Shown here: positions 28,523-37,589 of the stretch, in pieces
Position numbering within the stretch: position 1 is the stretch's first letter
How the letters are laid out: every line of letters begins with the position of its first letter
From: an uncultured Rickettsiales bacterium
Lineage (GTDB): Bacteria; Myxococcota_A; UBA796; UBA9615; CAYRNR01
Length of the DNA: 64,000 nucleotides
Direction of reading: 5' to 3'
Assembly: GCA_964542165.1 (NCBI GenBank)
Contig: CAZITQ010000015.1
Coordinates: 3,047 to 67,046, forward strand
Notes under the pieces: model-generated
The model's database searches: none
What the model was told of the DNA's origin: nothing
The model's input: the letters and a program-made list of their open reading frames with translations, nothing else
Made by a program: the position numbers and the translations under genes

Positions 28523-30721
28523 TCACGGAAGGGTGCGCGCCACCCGAAATCCGAGCTCGTCCGACTGGGACTCCGGTGCCAGACGCGTCCGGTGGGCGAG
28601 GCGCAGGTAGGACGGCACGGAGAGGTGGGTGCCCCCGCGGCTGACGCGACGGGTACCCGTCTCCGGGCCGACGGGATCGGTCACCGGCGAGTTGCCCAGA
28701 TCGGCCACGTAGACGTCCCAAACCCACTCCGAGGCGTTGCCGGTCATGTCGTACAGGCCGAACCCGTTGGGAAGAAAGCTGGCCGCCGGGGCCAGGTCCG
28801 CGTGGCCGTCCTCGCAATCGAAGGGGGTCAGCGCGGGGCTCTGGGCCACGGCGGTGGCGTCGGCGACGTTGCCGTAGAGGCAGAGTTCGGCGTCGCGGCT
28901 GGTACCCGCGTAGCGGTCGTCTCCGCCGGCGCGGGCGGCGTACTCCCACTCGGCCTCGGTGGGTAGCCGGTAGCCGGTGGCCTCGTGGCGCCACTCCACG
29001 AACGAGCCCTTGATCACGTAGGCGGCGGCCAGCCCCTCGGCCTTGGAGAGCCGATTGCAGAACGTCACCGCGTCGTACCAGCTCACCCGGGTGGCCGGCA
29101 GCGACCGCTGGAGGGTGCGGGGCGGGCGCTTTGCCATCACCTCGGCCCACAGCCCGCGGGTCACCTCCCTGTCCCCCAGCAAAAAGGCGCTCCCCAGGGT
29201 GACCTCGTGGAGGTTCTCGTCATCCGCCCGACCGGCCTCGCCCTTCGGGCTGCCCATGGGGAAGCTGCCTCCGGGGATCGGCGTCATGGCGAGCCCGAAT
29301 CGGGATGTGACCTCCCCCTGCCAGCGGGCCACGTCCTCGGGGTCGAAGGTCTCGATCGGGGTGGCCTCGCCCGTTGCTCCGTCCACCGGCCGCGTCTCGC
29401 CGCCGGTGGTCCGCCCCGCCTCGCGCAGCGCCCACCCGCCCCCGGCCACCAGCGCGATTCCCGCCAGTCCGACGACCGCGATCGCCACCGCCCGCCAGGG
29501 GCTGGGTCCCGGCCGCTCGAGCCCGTCTTCGGTCTCCAGGCTGGTGAGGCGACCCTGGGCGGGTACCGGGCCCTGCAGCGCGGCGGGCGAGGGCCCGTCG
29601 GCGGGGGTGGAACCCGAGGGCGTCGGCTCCCGTTCGCCGGCCCCGGTGGGCATGTAGTCCATGGTCCGGTCCACCGGGGAGAACTCCCCGGGGGAGGGCC
29701 CGTCACCCCCGGCGTCGTCCGCCGGCGGCCGGAGGGTCTGCTCTTCGGGACCGGCGGCCGAGGCCAGGTTGGGGGTAGCCTCGCCGGAGTCCGCGCCCAC
29801 CTCGCCATCGCCCATCCACCCGGAGACCCACCCGCCGAGTTCGAGATCGCCCGCCAGCCGGTCCCGCACCGCGAGGAGGTCCCCCCGCATCGCCGCGGCG
29901 TCCGGGTAGCGGTCCATGGGGTCCTTCTGAAGGGCCCTTGCGACCACCGGCGCCATCTCGGGCCATCGCCCCTCGACCCGCATCAGCGCCTCGGAAGTGT
30001 CGGCGCGGGCGATGCGGCCGAGCACATGGAACAGCTGGGTGCACTCGAACACCACCTCGCCGGTGATCATCTCGGCGATCACCGAGCCGAGGCTGAACAG
30101 GTCCGACCGGTGGTCCAGGGGCAGACCATCCACCTGCTCGGGGCTCATGTAGACCGGCGTGCCCTTGGTGATGCTCGCCGTGGTCGTGTGGAACAGGTTG
30201 ACCTGTGACTTGGCGATCCCGAAGTCCATGATCTTGACCCGCCCCTCGCGGGTGATCATCACGTTCCCCGGTTTCAGGTCCCTGTGGACCAGGCGCAGGT
30301 CGCGGCCGTCCTCGTCCACGGCGGCGTGGGCGTACTCGAGGCCGTCGCAGATCTGGATCGCGATCTCCACGACCGGTGCGAGGGGGAGAGGGCCCCGATC
30401 CCGGGCTCGCCGCAGGACCCTGCTCAAGGTGTGACCGTCCACGAACTCCATGGACAGCACGTAGACGTCGTCGATGTTCTCGAACTCGTAGATCTCGACC
30501 AGGTTCTTGTGGCGCAGGTACCCCCCGACCCGGGCCTCGTTGATCAGCGCCTGGACCAGCTTCTCCTCCCTCGAGACGTGGGGCAGGATCTGCTTGAGGG
30601 CGACCTCCTTGCGGAAGCCCATCGCACCTGCGCGGACGGCGCGGAACACCCGGGCCATGCCGCCGGTGCCCACCTCCTCCAGCAGCACGTACTTGCCCAG
30701 TCTTCGCGTCTCGGGGTCCAC
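28523..30721 (-). CDS. Ser/Thr protein kinase fused to a C-terminal FGE-sulfatase (SUMF1/formylglycine-generating-enzyme-like) domain via a TM segment
   Basis: Kinase motifs GTGGMARVF, HRDLKPGN, DFGIAK, SPEQ. Pro/Gly-rich linker and a hydrophobic helix (AVAIAVVGLAGIALVAGGGW). The FGE-sulfatase region reads RVSWYDAVTFCNRLS, YRLPTEAEWEYAARAG, GLYDMTGNASEWVWD, RVSRGG. Confidence 0.9.
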   Translation of the reverse strand: MDPETRRLGKYVLLEEVGTGGMARVFRAVRAGAMGFRKEVALKQILPHVSREEKLVQALINEARVGGYLRHKNLVEIYEFENIDDVYVLSMEFVDGHTLSRVLRRARDRGPLPLAPVVEIAIQICDGLEYAHAAVDEDGRDLRLVHRDLKPGNVMITREGRVKIMDFGIAKSQVNLFHTTTASITKGTPVYMSPEQVDGLPLDHRSDLFSLGSVIAEMITGEVVFECTQLFHVLGRIARADTSEALMRVEGRWPEMAPVVARALQKDPMDRYPDAAAMRGDLLAVRDRLAGDLELGGWVSGWMGDGEVGADSGEATPNLASAAGPEEQTLRPPADDAGGDGPSPGEFSPVDRTMDYMPTGAGEREPTPSGSTPADGPSPAALQGPVPAQGRLTSLETEDGLERPGPSPWRAVAIAVVGLAGIALVAGGGWALREAGRTTGGETRPVDGATGEATPIETFDPEDVARWQGEVTSRFGLAMTPIPGGSFPMGSPKGEAGRADDENLHEVTLGSAFLLGDREVTRGLWAEVMAKRPPRTLQRSLPATRVSWYDAVTFCNRLSKAEGLAAAYVIKGSFVEWRHEATGYRLPTEAEWEYAARAGGDDRYAGTSRDAELCLYGNVADATAVAQSPALTPFDCEDGHADLAPAASFLPNGFGLYDMTGNASEWVWDVYVADLGNSPVTDPVGPETGTRRVSRGGTHLSVPSYLRLAHRTRLAPESQSDELGFRVARTLP

Positions 30722-30799
30722 GCTGTTCCCAGGATCTCCGTCCCGCCGTCACCGTCCGGTACGCGGGAGTTGAGGGGAGAGTATACGGCGAGCGGGCGG

Positions 30800-32227
30800 T
30801 CAGGGAGTCGGCGGGGGCGATCCGAGGCCCGATAGGGCCTCCTCGACGGCGGTCAGGTTTCGCTGGATCCGATCCGAGTACTCGCTCCCGGGGAACTCGG
30901 CGATCAGGGCGGCGAGGATGGCCCGGGCACCCTCGAGCAACGCCCGCCGCTCGTCGACGTCGGACGTGCGCTGGGAGGCCACGAACATGTCGCCCGCCCG
31001 CTTCCGCTCTTCGCGGACGTGGATATCCAGCGCCTCGCCTGCCTCGCGCCGGGCGCGCTCCTCGATCTCGGTGCCCTGGAAGCGGTCGAACAGCGCGGCC
31101 GCGTCCCGGAACCGCTCCGCGGCGATGAGCTCGCGGCTCTCGGCCACGACCTCGGACCAGGCGGCCTCGACCTCCGCGGTCGCGGCCGCAGACAGCGCGG
31201 CCTCCGCGGCCTCGACCGCGGCCAACATCGCCTGGGAACGGGACGCCGCGCCCTGGGCGGCGAGGGCGACCGCGCTGTCCCGGGCGACCTCGAACGGGGG
31301 GCCGTCGTCCACGTCGGCCCGACCCCGGGCCTCGAGGCCGTTCCACCGCTGCTGGCGCGTGCGCTGGACCGCGCTGGCCAGGAACTCCGCCTCGCGGGCG
31401 GTCTCGGCGTCCCCGCCCGCCGCGATCACCGACCGGGCGATCTCCGCCGCGGCCGCCTCGTCCCCGGCCTCGAGCAGGGCCCAGCCCCGGGCCAGCGCTC
31501 CTCGGGCCGGTGTGTCGGGGAGCATCAGCAACAGGTCGATCTCCTCGCCCATCACCCGGGCGCGGTCGGTGATGCCGTCCAGCCGGTCGGGAGTGGCGAC
31601 GACCTGGTCGAAGGCGCCCCGGGCGTCCTCGAGGCGCCCCAGCGCCAGGTGCCACAGCCCGGCCTTGTAGCGGAGCTCGGCGATCAGGGTTCCATCGGGA
31701 GCCAGGGGCTGCAGGTCGTCCAGCAGGGTCTCGGCGGCGAAGATCGCGTCCTCGTAGCGGCCCTCGCCCGCGGCATCCTCCGCGGCCACCACGAAGTCCT
31801 CGACGCCCAGTTCGACCCGGGGCGGATGGAACTCGAGGGGTCGGTCCGGCGGGGCCGTTCGGCCGACGCGGGAGACCCGCCGGAGGTAGTCCGCCAGCGC
31901 GGCGGCCTCCCGCGAGCGCCCCAGCTCCTCGGGGAGCGGGAGCTGCGCGTGCAGATCGTCCAGGGCCTGCCAGAAATCCACCGCGGCCCGGGCGAGCCCC
32001 TGCTGGACCCCGTCGCTGCCCGAGGCATCCCGCTGCGCGTCGGTCAGCTGCTTGCGGACCAGGGACCGGTCGTACAAGGGCTCGTAGATCCCGGGCGCCG
32101 GGTCAGGGCCATGGATCGTCCGACAGCCTGCGCCTAGGACCGAGGTGAGAACGAGGAGCCCGGTCAGCAGGACGGTGCTCCCCACGGACATTCCGAGCCG
32201 GGGATTGGGATTCGAGACGCGCTTCAT
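30800..32227 (-). CDS. Hypothetical helical (TPR-like) lipoprotein encoded directly downstream of PBP1A
   Basis: ATG (complement of 32225-32227) gives MKRVSNPNPRLGMSVGSTVLLTGLLVLTSVLGAGC with a lipobox. Ala/Glu/Arg-rich, all-helical-looking sequence. No catalytic motif. Confidence 0.6.
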   Translation of the reverse strand: MKRVSNPNPRLGMSVGSTVLLTGLLVLTSVLGAGCRTIHGPDPAPGIYEPLYDRSLVRKQLTDAQRDASGSDGVQQGLARAAVDFWQALDDLHAQLPLPEELGRSREAAALADYLRRVSRVGRTAPPDRPLEFHPPRVELGVEDFVVAAEDAAGEGRYEDAIFAAETLLDDLQPLAPDGTLIAELRYKAGLWHLALGRLEDARGAFDQVVATPDRLDGITDRARVMGEEIDLLLMLPDTPARGALARGWALLEAGDEAAAAEIARSVIAAGGDAETAREAEFLASAVQRTRQQRWNGLEARGRADVDDGPPFEVARDSAVALAAQGAASRSQAMLAAVEAAEAALSAAATAEVEAAWSEVVAESRELIAAERFRDAAALFDRFQGTEIEERARREAGEALDIHVREERKRAGDMFVASQRTSDVDERRALLEGARAILAALIAEFPGSEYSDRIQRNLTAVEEALSGLGSPPPTP

Positions 32228-32324
32228 CGGTATGTTCAACGCCCCTCCGTGCGGTGCTCTTCCCGACGGGCACACCGCCGGCCGGTGTTTCGCCCGATTG
32301 TAGCCTTCTCCCGGGTACGTGCGG

Positions 32325-35300
32325 TCAGCTCCCGTCCCCGATGGGGGCGAAACGCCCGCCGGCGGACATCAGGTACAGGGACAGACCGCCGTCTTCGCCC
32401 TCCAGGGGGAGCCCGGTGGCGGTGTCCACCGGGACCGCGGTGGCGTCCGGGAGCACCGCCAGCGAGGCGTCGGCCGGCACGGTGCCGCCCTCGACCTGCA
32501 CGATCCCGCGCGTGGCGCCGATCCACGCGGGCAAGCTCCCGGTGGCGCCCGCGAGACGGATGGACCCGCGGGACATCTTGCGGTTGTCGTCGTAGCCGAC
32601 GTAGCTGGCGACCGCCAGGCCCTGCTCCAGGGACCAGCTCCCGTCGGCGGGGCGGGGCACCAGACCCGCGAACGCGGCGTTGCGGAAGCTGTTGGTGGTC
32701 CCCGTCTTCCCGGCCACCGGAACGTCGGGGAAGGCAGCGGCTGCGCGCTTGCCGGTTCCGTGGGTGACCACCCCGCGCAGGACCTGTCCGAGTTCCGCGG
32801 GGATGCCGTCGGCGAGCAGCTCGCGGCGCCGGGGTTCGGCCCGGTAGATCGGAGTCCCGTCCCGCAGGCGGATCTCGGCGATCAGCGCCGTGGCGCCCTG
32901 GCCCTCGAAGGTGATGGCGTCGCCGGTCTGCAGGCACTGGTAGATCAGCCCCAGCTCCAGCAGGGAGATGTCGCTGCTGCCCAGGGGCAAGCTCAGTCCC
33001 GTGGAGAGGTCGCTGGCCACCCCCATCTGCCGGGCGAGGGCGATGACGTAGCGCATGGAGACCAGGCTGCGGTAGTCCCGCAACAGGGCCAGGGTCGACA
33101 GCTGGTACAGATCTCCCTCGGTGGCCGTCGCCACCTGCGCCTCGATCTCCCGGCGGAGGGTCGCCAGCGTCGCGAGCGACAGCTGGCCCAGCACCAGGAC
33201 CCGCTCGTCGGCCAGAAGGGCGTCGGCGACGGATGGGCCGTCCGCCGGCGCGGCGAGGTGGTCCGCGGTCAGGGGGATCCAGCCCTCGCCGGGATCCCCA
33301 CAGGAGATGGAGCTCTTGCCCCCGGTCAGACCGATGTGGAGGTCGTGGCCGGCCACCGCGGGGGCGCCCCGGTCCACGCTGCCCTTGAGCGCGTCGACGG
33401 ACGCCCGGCAGTCGTGGCTCCGCTCCTCGAGGTACAGCAGGGAGCGACGCAGGATGGCGCGCTTGTCCCGGTCCGACTGGCGGGCCCGCTCCGTTCCGAA
33501 GCGCAGTCCGTAGTGGAGCCGCTGGAGGGCATCGGCCTCCTCCTCGCGCAGGTCGAACTTCAGGTCGACGATCACGTCCTCGCGGATCCGCTCGAACAGG
33601 CCTTCCCGCAGGCGGTCCTCGGTGGGGACGATCCCCTCCTTGTCCCGGATCCGAACGATGAACTCCTCCCGGGTCTCGTCCGCGCGCCGGGTCAGCCCCG
33701 CGGTGGTGGCGACCTGCTCGAACTGGGCCTCGTTGAGGTGATCGGTGAGGTGGTACAGCAGCCAGACGCTGGCGAGGTTCTCCGATTTCACCCCCGCCCA
33801 GGCCAGGCTGACAAGGTCCTCACCCTGGTGATCCGGGCGCGGGTAGTAGAACGACCCTTCGAAGGGGAACACGTCGCGCCGGTTGTCCAGCTCGTCGGTC
33901 AGCGACCAGCCCAGCTGTAACGCCGCGGCGTACACCAGGGGCTTGAAGGTCGAGCCGAACTGACGCTTGGCTTGCACGGCGCGGTTGAAGTCCCGGTTGG
34001 TGTTCCCCCCGACCATGGCCCGCACGTGGCCGCTGTCCAGCACGACCACCGCCCCCTGCAGCTCGGTCAGGTACTCCACGTCCAGCAGCAGTTCGTCCCC
34101 GCTGCGTTCGCGGATCGAGACCCACAGACCGCTGCCGACCGGGATCTGCCCCAGCAGCTTGCCGGTCTCGGCGCGGCTGGCCTCGGACCAGCGATTCTTC
34201 AGTTCGGACCGCTCGAGCAGTGTCGCCAGGCGGGTGCACCCCTCGGCGTCCACGGTCCCTCGCACCCCGTCCCCCAGGGCCACCGAGAGCGTCCGCCCGT
34301 CGGGATCCACGGACACGACCTTGCCGTCGTGGAAGGTGTGGATCCGCAGATCGGAGTCCGCCACCGGACCCAGGTCCCCCACGCTCTTGAGCAGCTGATC
34401 GAGGGTCACCCCTTCGAGGGGGATGCCCACCTCGGTCAGGTGGTGGCGCAACCCGTACAGGGCCTCGTCCTGGATCACCGGATCGAGGGTGGTCACGATC
34501 TCGATGCCGGCGGTGGACGGGTTGTCGATGCCGTGGGCAGCCAGCAGCTCGAGGAAGTGCTCGTCGCCCAGCTCGCGGGCGACCTCCTCGAGGACCACGC
34601 TGTAGGGGAAGCGGAAGCGCCCCCGCTCGAAGGGGAGGTCCAGCGCCACCAGCTCGCGCCGCCGCTCCTCGGCCAGGTAGCCATCCTCGGTCATCCGCCG
34701 CAGCACGTAGTGGGTTCGGTCGAGTGCCCGTTTGCGGCAGCGCTCCCGGACCTCCGGATCGTCGGACTGGAAGGGGTCGTAGCGGGTGGGGGACTGGACC
34801 ACGCCGGCGAGGAAGGCGCACTCGAGGGTGTCGAGCTGGTCCACCGACTTGTCGAAGAAATAGCGGGCGGCGATGCCCAGGCCGCGGCCGTTGCCGTTGA
34901 CGTAGAACTGGTTCGAATAGAACTCGAGGATGTCGCCCTTGGTGAAGTGATGCTCCAGGCGCAGGGCGTTGAGGGCCTCACGGGCCTTGTCGGGGAAGGT
35001 CAGCGCCCGCTGCTCGAAGAACAGGTTCTCGGCGGTCTGCTGGGTCAGGGTGGAGCCGCCCTCGACGATACGACCGGCCTCGACGTTGTGCTTCATGGCC
35101 CGGACGAGGCCGATCCAGTCGATGCCGTGGTGCTCGAAGAAGCGCTTGTCCTCGGCGGCCACCAGGGCGTGGACGAAGTCCTCTGGCATGGACTCGTAGG
35201 GCACGTACTGCCGGTGGTCCTCGTCGAAGAAGACGCCCAGCTTGGTGCCGCCGTCCCGGTGATAGACCTGGGTCTCCTGGGAGATCACACCCAGGATCCA

Positions 35301-35576
35301 GGCCCGCTCCATGTGGTCGCCTGGGTTCTGGATGACGTAGTGGCGGTAGAGGAAGGCGGCGACGAGGAGGCCCGCGCCGATCAGCACGAGCAGCAGGACG
35401 AGCTTTCGCTTCAGGCGCTGCCAGAAGGAGGGCCGGGGCTTGCGGCGGGAGCGCCGGGGGGACTTCCGCTTGCGCGGCGAGCTCTTCGCGGTGGCCGTGC
35501 GCCGGCTGCCGGCGGCCCCGGCCTTGCGCTTGCCGCCCGACGCGCCGGTCTTGCCCTTCTTCGATGCTGGGCTCAC
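32325..35576 (-). CDS. mrcA: Penicillin-binding protein 1A (bifunctional transglycosylase/transpeptidase)
   Basis: Lys-rich cytoplasmic tail plus TM. GT51 motifs EDKRFFEHHGID and GGSTLTQQ. Transpeptidase motifs STFK (SxxK) and KTGTT. Confidence 0.92.
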   Translation of the reverse strand: MSPASKKGKTGASGGKRKAGAAGSRRTATAKSSPRKRKSPRRSRRKPRPSFWQRLKRKLVLLLVLIGAGLLVAAFLYRHYVIQNPGDHMERAWILGVISQETQVYHRDGGTKLGVFFDEDHRQYVPYESMPEDFVHALVAAEDKRFFEHHGIDWIGLVRAMKHNVEAGRIVEGGSTLTQQTAENLFFEQRALTFPDKAREALNALRLEHHFTKGDILEFYSNQFYVNGNGRGLGIAARYFFDKSVDQLDTLECAFLAGVVQSPTRYDPFQSDDPEVRERCRKRALDRTHYVLRRMTEDGYLAEERRRELVALDLPFERGRFRFPYSVVLEEVARELGDEHFLELLAAHGIDNPSTAGIEIVTTLDPVIQDEALYGLRHHLTEVGIPLEGVTLDQLLKSVGDLGPVADSDLRIHTFHDGKVVSVDPDGRTLSVALGDGVRGTVDAEGCTRLATLLERSELKNRWSEASRAETGKLLGQIPVGSGLWVSIRERSGDELLLDVEYLTELQGAVVVLDSGHVRAMVGGNTNRDFNRAVQAKRQFGSTFKPLVYAAALQLGWSLTDELDNRRDVFPFEGSFYYPRPDHQGEDLVSLAWAGVKSENLASVWLLYHLTDHLNEAQFEQVATTAGLTRRADETREEFIVRIRDKEGIVPTEDRLREGLFERIREDVIVDLKFDLREEEADALQRLHYGLRFGTERARQSDRDKRAILRRSLLYLEERSHDCRASVDALKGSVDRGAPAVAGHDLHIGLTGGKSSISCGDPGEGWIPLTADHLAAPADGPSVADALLADERVLVLGQLSLATLATLRREIEAQVATATEGDLYQLSTLALLRDYRSLVSMRYVIALARQMGVASDLSTGLSLPLGSSDISLLELGLIYQCLQTGDAITFEGQGATALIAEIRLRDGTPIYRAEPRRRELLADGIPAELGQVLRGVVTHGTGKRAAAAFPDVPVAGKTGTTNSFRNAAFAGLVPRPADGSWSLEQGLAVASYVGYDDNRKMSRGSIRLAGATGSLPAWIGATRGIVQVEGGTVPADASLAVLPDATAVPVDTATGLPLEGEDGGLSLYLMSAGGRFAPIGDGS

Positions 35577-36739
35577 GCGCCCGCTCCCCGCTTGCCCCGG
35601 GCCACGATCTCCCGGTAGATCGACTCGACCTCCCGGTAGTTGTCCTCGTCCCGATTCTGCAACGCTGCCTCCCGGGCGGCTTGCCTCAACCGCTCCTGGT
35701 CCGGATGGTCGAGTAACGCCCGCGTCGCATTCACCATTCCCTCCACATCGTTCGGATCCTCGACGATCCGCACGGCCTCGCAGTCCCGGAGGACCTCGGC
35801 GGCGCCGTTGTGGGACGAGGTGACCACGGGCAGCTCGGTGGCCAGGGCCTCGAGGGTGACGTTGGCGAAGGGGTCGTAGCGGGTCGGGAGCAGCATCAGG
35901 TCCGCGGTGGCGTAGACCCGCTCGATTCGATCCAGGGCGCCGGTGAGGTGGACCTGGTCGAGCACCTTCAACTCGGCGGCGAGGGCCAGGTACTGCTCGA
36001 AGCGACGGTCCTGTCCCACGACGAGCAGCTTGAGGTCGGGGCGCTTCATCTCGGCGAGCACGCGGATGGCCACGTCGAGGCCCTTGCGGTCCCAGTCGCT
36101 GCCCACGAAGAGCATCACGGTGTCTTCGGGGACGAGGTGGAACTCGCCGCGGGCTTCGAGGAAGAACAGGCGGCGGTTCTTGGGGTGGAAGCGCTGGACG
36201 TCCACCCCGTTGTGCACCACCTGCAGCAGGCCCTTGCGGACCTTGTAGTGCTGGGCGAGCTCGTTGCGGCTACGCCGGGAGACGACCATCAGGGTCTGGA
36301 CGGCCCGATCGGTGAGCTGCTGGCCCTCGATCCACAGCATCAGACGCTGCTTGAGGCCGAAGAGCAGCCCGAAACGCTCCCACCCGGAACGCGCGCGGTC
36401 GATCGCCCCTTTGAGGTAGGCCTTGTGGCAGCCGCCCCCGGCCCGGAGTACGTGGTGTCCCGTCGTCCGGCCGAAGCCGTGGACGACGTCGAAGTCCGCG
36501 CGTTTGACCTTGAGGAGTGCCGACAGCCAGAACCCCAGCACCTTGAGGAAGCCGCCCAGCCGGGGGATCCAGAGCTTGTGGAAGGTCAGACCGCGGATGC
36601 CGGAGAGCACGGGGTCGACCTTGTGACAGAAGACGTGCACGTCGTGCTCCCGCTCCGCGAGGTAGCACGCCAGACCGACCAGGTACCTCTCCGTCCCTCC
36701 CCGCAACGTGAACTGCTTGTGCACCAGCGCGATCTTCAT
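35573..36739 (-). CDS. Family 4 (GT-B, RfaG/WaaG-like) glycosyltransferase
   Basis: MKIALVHKQFTLRGGTERYL... N-terminus and a C-terminal E-x7-E-type region (PTRYDPFANVTLEALATELPVV). The stop overlaps the PBP1A start by 4 nt. Confidence 0.85.
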   Translation of the reverse strand: MKIALVHKQFTLRGGTERYLVGLACYLAEREHDVHVFCHKVDPVLSGIRGLTFHKLWIPRLGGFLKVLGFWLSALLKVKRADFDVVHGFGRTTGHHVLRAGGGCHKAYLKGAIDRARSGWERFGLLFGLKQRLMLWIEGQQLTDRAVQTLMVVSRRSRNELAQHYKVRKGLLQVVHNGVDVQRFHPKNRRLFFLEARGEFHLVPEDTVMLFVGSDWDRKGLDVAIRVLAEMKRPDLKLLVVGQDRRFEQYLALAAELKVLDQVHLTGALDRIERVYATADLMLLPTRYDPFANVTLEALATELPVVTSSHNGAAEVLRDCEAVRIVEDPNDVEGMVNATRALLDHPDQERLRQAAREAALQNRDEDNYREVESIYREIVARGKRGAGA

Positions 36740-37283
36740 CGGGGCGAATGATGGAGGGGAGGCGCGGATCGGTCAAGGAGCTGACTGTGGCCGGCGGCAG
36801 CGAACGGGGGGCTGGTGAACGGGAGGGGGCTGCGGTCGGGTTGTTCGGCCGTGCTTCCCCGGTGCCGGCGGTTGGCCGAACATCGAGTGCGAGCGCCGGC
36901 CGCCCTGGTCGCCGAGGGGGGGGCGCTCCGCCTCTCTGTCGCTGCGTCGCCGAGTCCTCGCGGTGATCGGAACCCAGATTGCGAACGAGTCCCGGACGCA
37001 AGTGGGATGCAGCGCCTTTTACGTTCGGCTACGGCCCCCCCCCACGGCTCTGGGTCGGGCGGCCTCGGACTGGAGGCGGGGGCCGCCGGCGGACGAGGTC
37101 CGCGCTGGACGAGAGTACGAACATGGAGTGCTCGACGCACCTGGGGGCGGCGTCATTGCTCCGCTCGCGCCGGGGAGGGGGCGATTTGGGTACGGAATCC
37201 GGGGTGGCACAGGCAGCTCGCTGCCTGTGGGGAGCGGCGCCATCGGTGCGCGCGCGTCGATGTGGGAACGAGGGAGTGGAAAA

Positions 37284-37357
37284 TGGAGGCGCCGACCGGA
37301 TTCGAACCGGTGATGGGGGCTTTGCAGGCCCCTGCCTTACCACTTGGCGACGGCGCC
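37284..37357 (-). tRNA. tRNA-Cys (GCA), CCA encoded
   Basis: Reverse complement reads GGCGCCG TC GCC AAGTGGTAA GGC A GGGGC CTGCAAA GCCCC CATC ACCGG TTCGAAT CCGGT CGGCGCC T CCA. Clean cloverleaf, anticodon GCA, discriminator U73 as expected for tRNA-Cys. Confidence 0.93.
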
Positions 37358-37589
37358 CCGGAGAGGGTGATCCGAGCGGATCGGACAGAGGATACGCCTG
37401 GAAGTCCCGCTGTCAAGGGTCCGGAGGAGCGGTGGGTTGCACGGGTGCCGGTGAGGTCCGCGGGGTTGCACCCATGCCCGTCGCGACCGGAGGCCAGCCG
37501 CCGCCGACCGTACTCGACACCCCTGCGATGCGATATCAACGGGCTGGTAGACTGACACTCCGTGGACGCACGCGGGGATCGACCTGACG

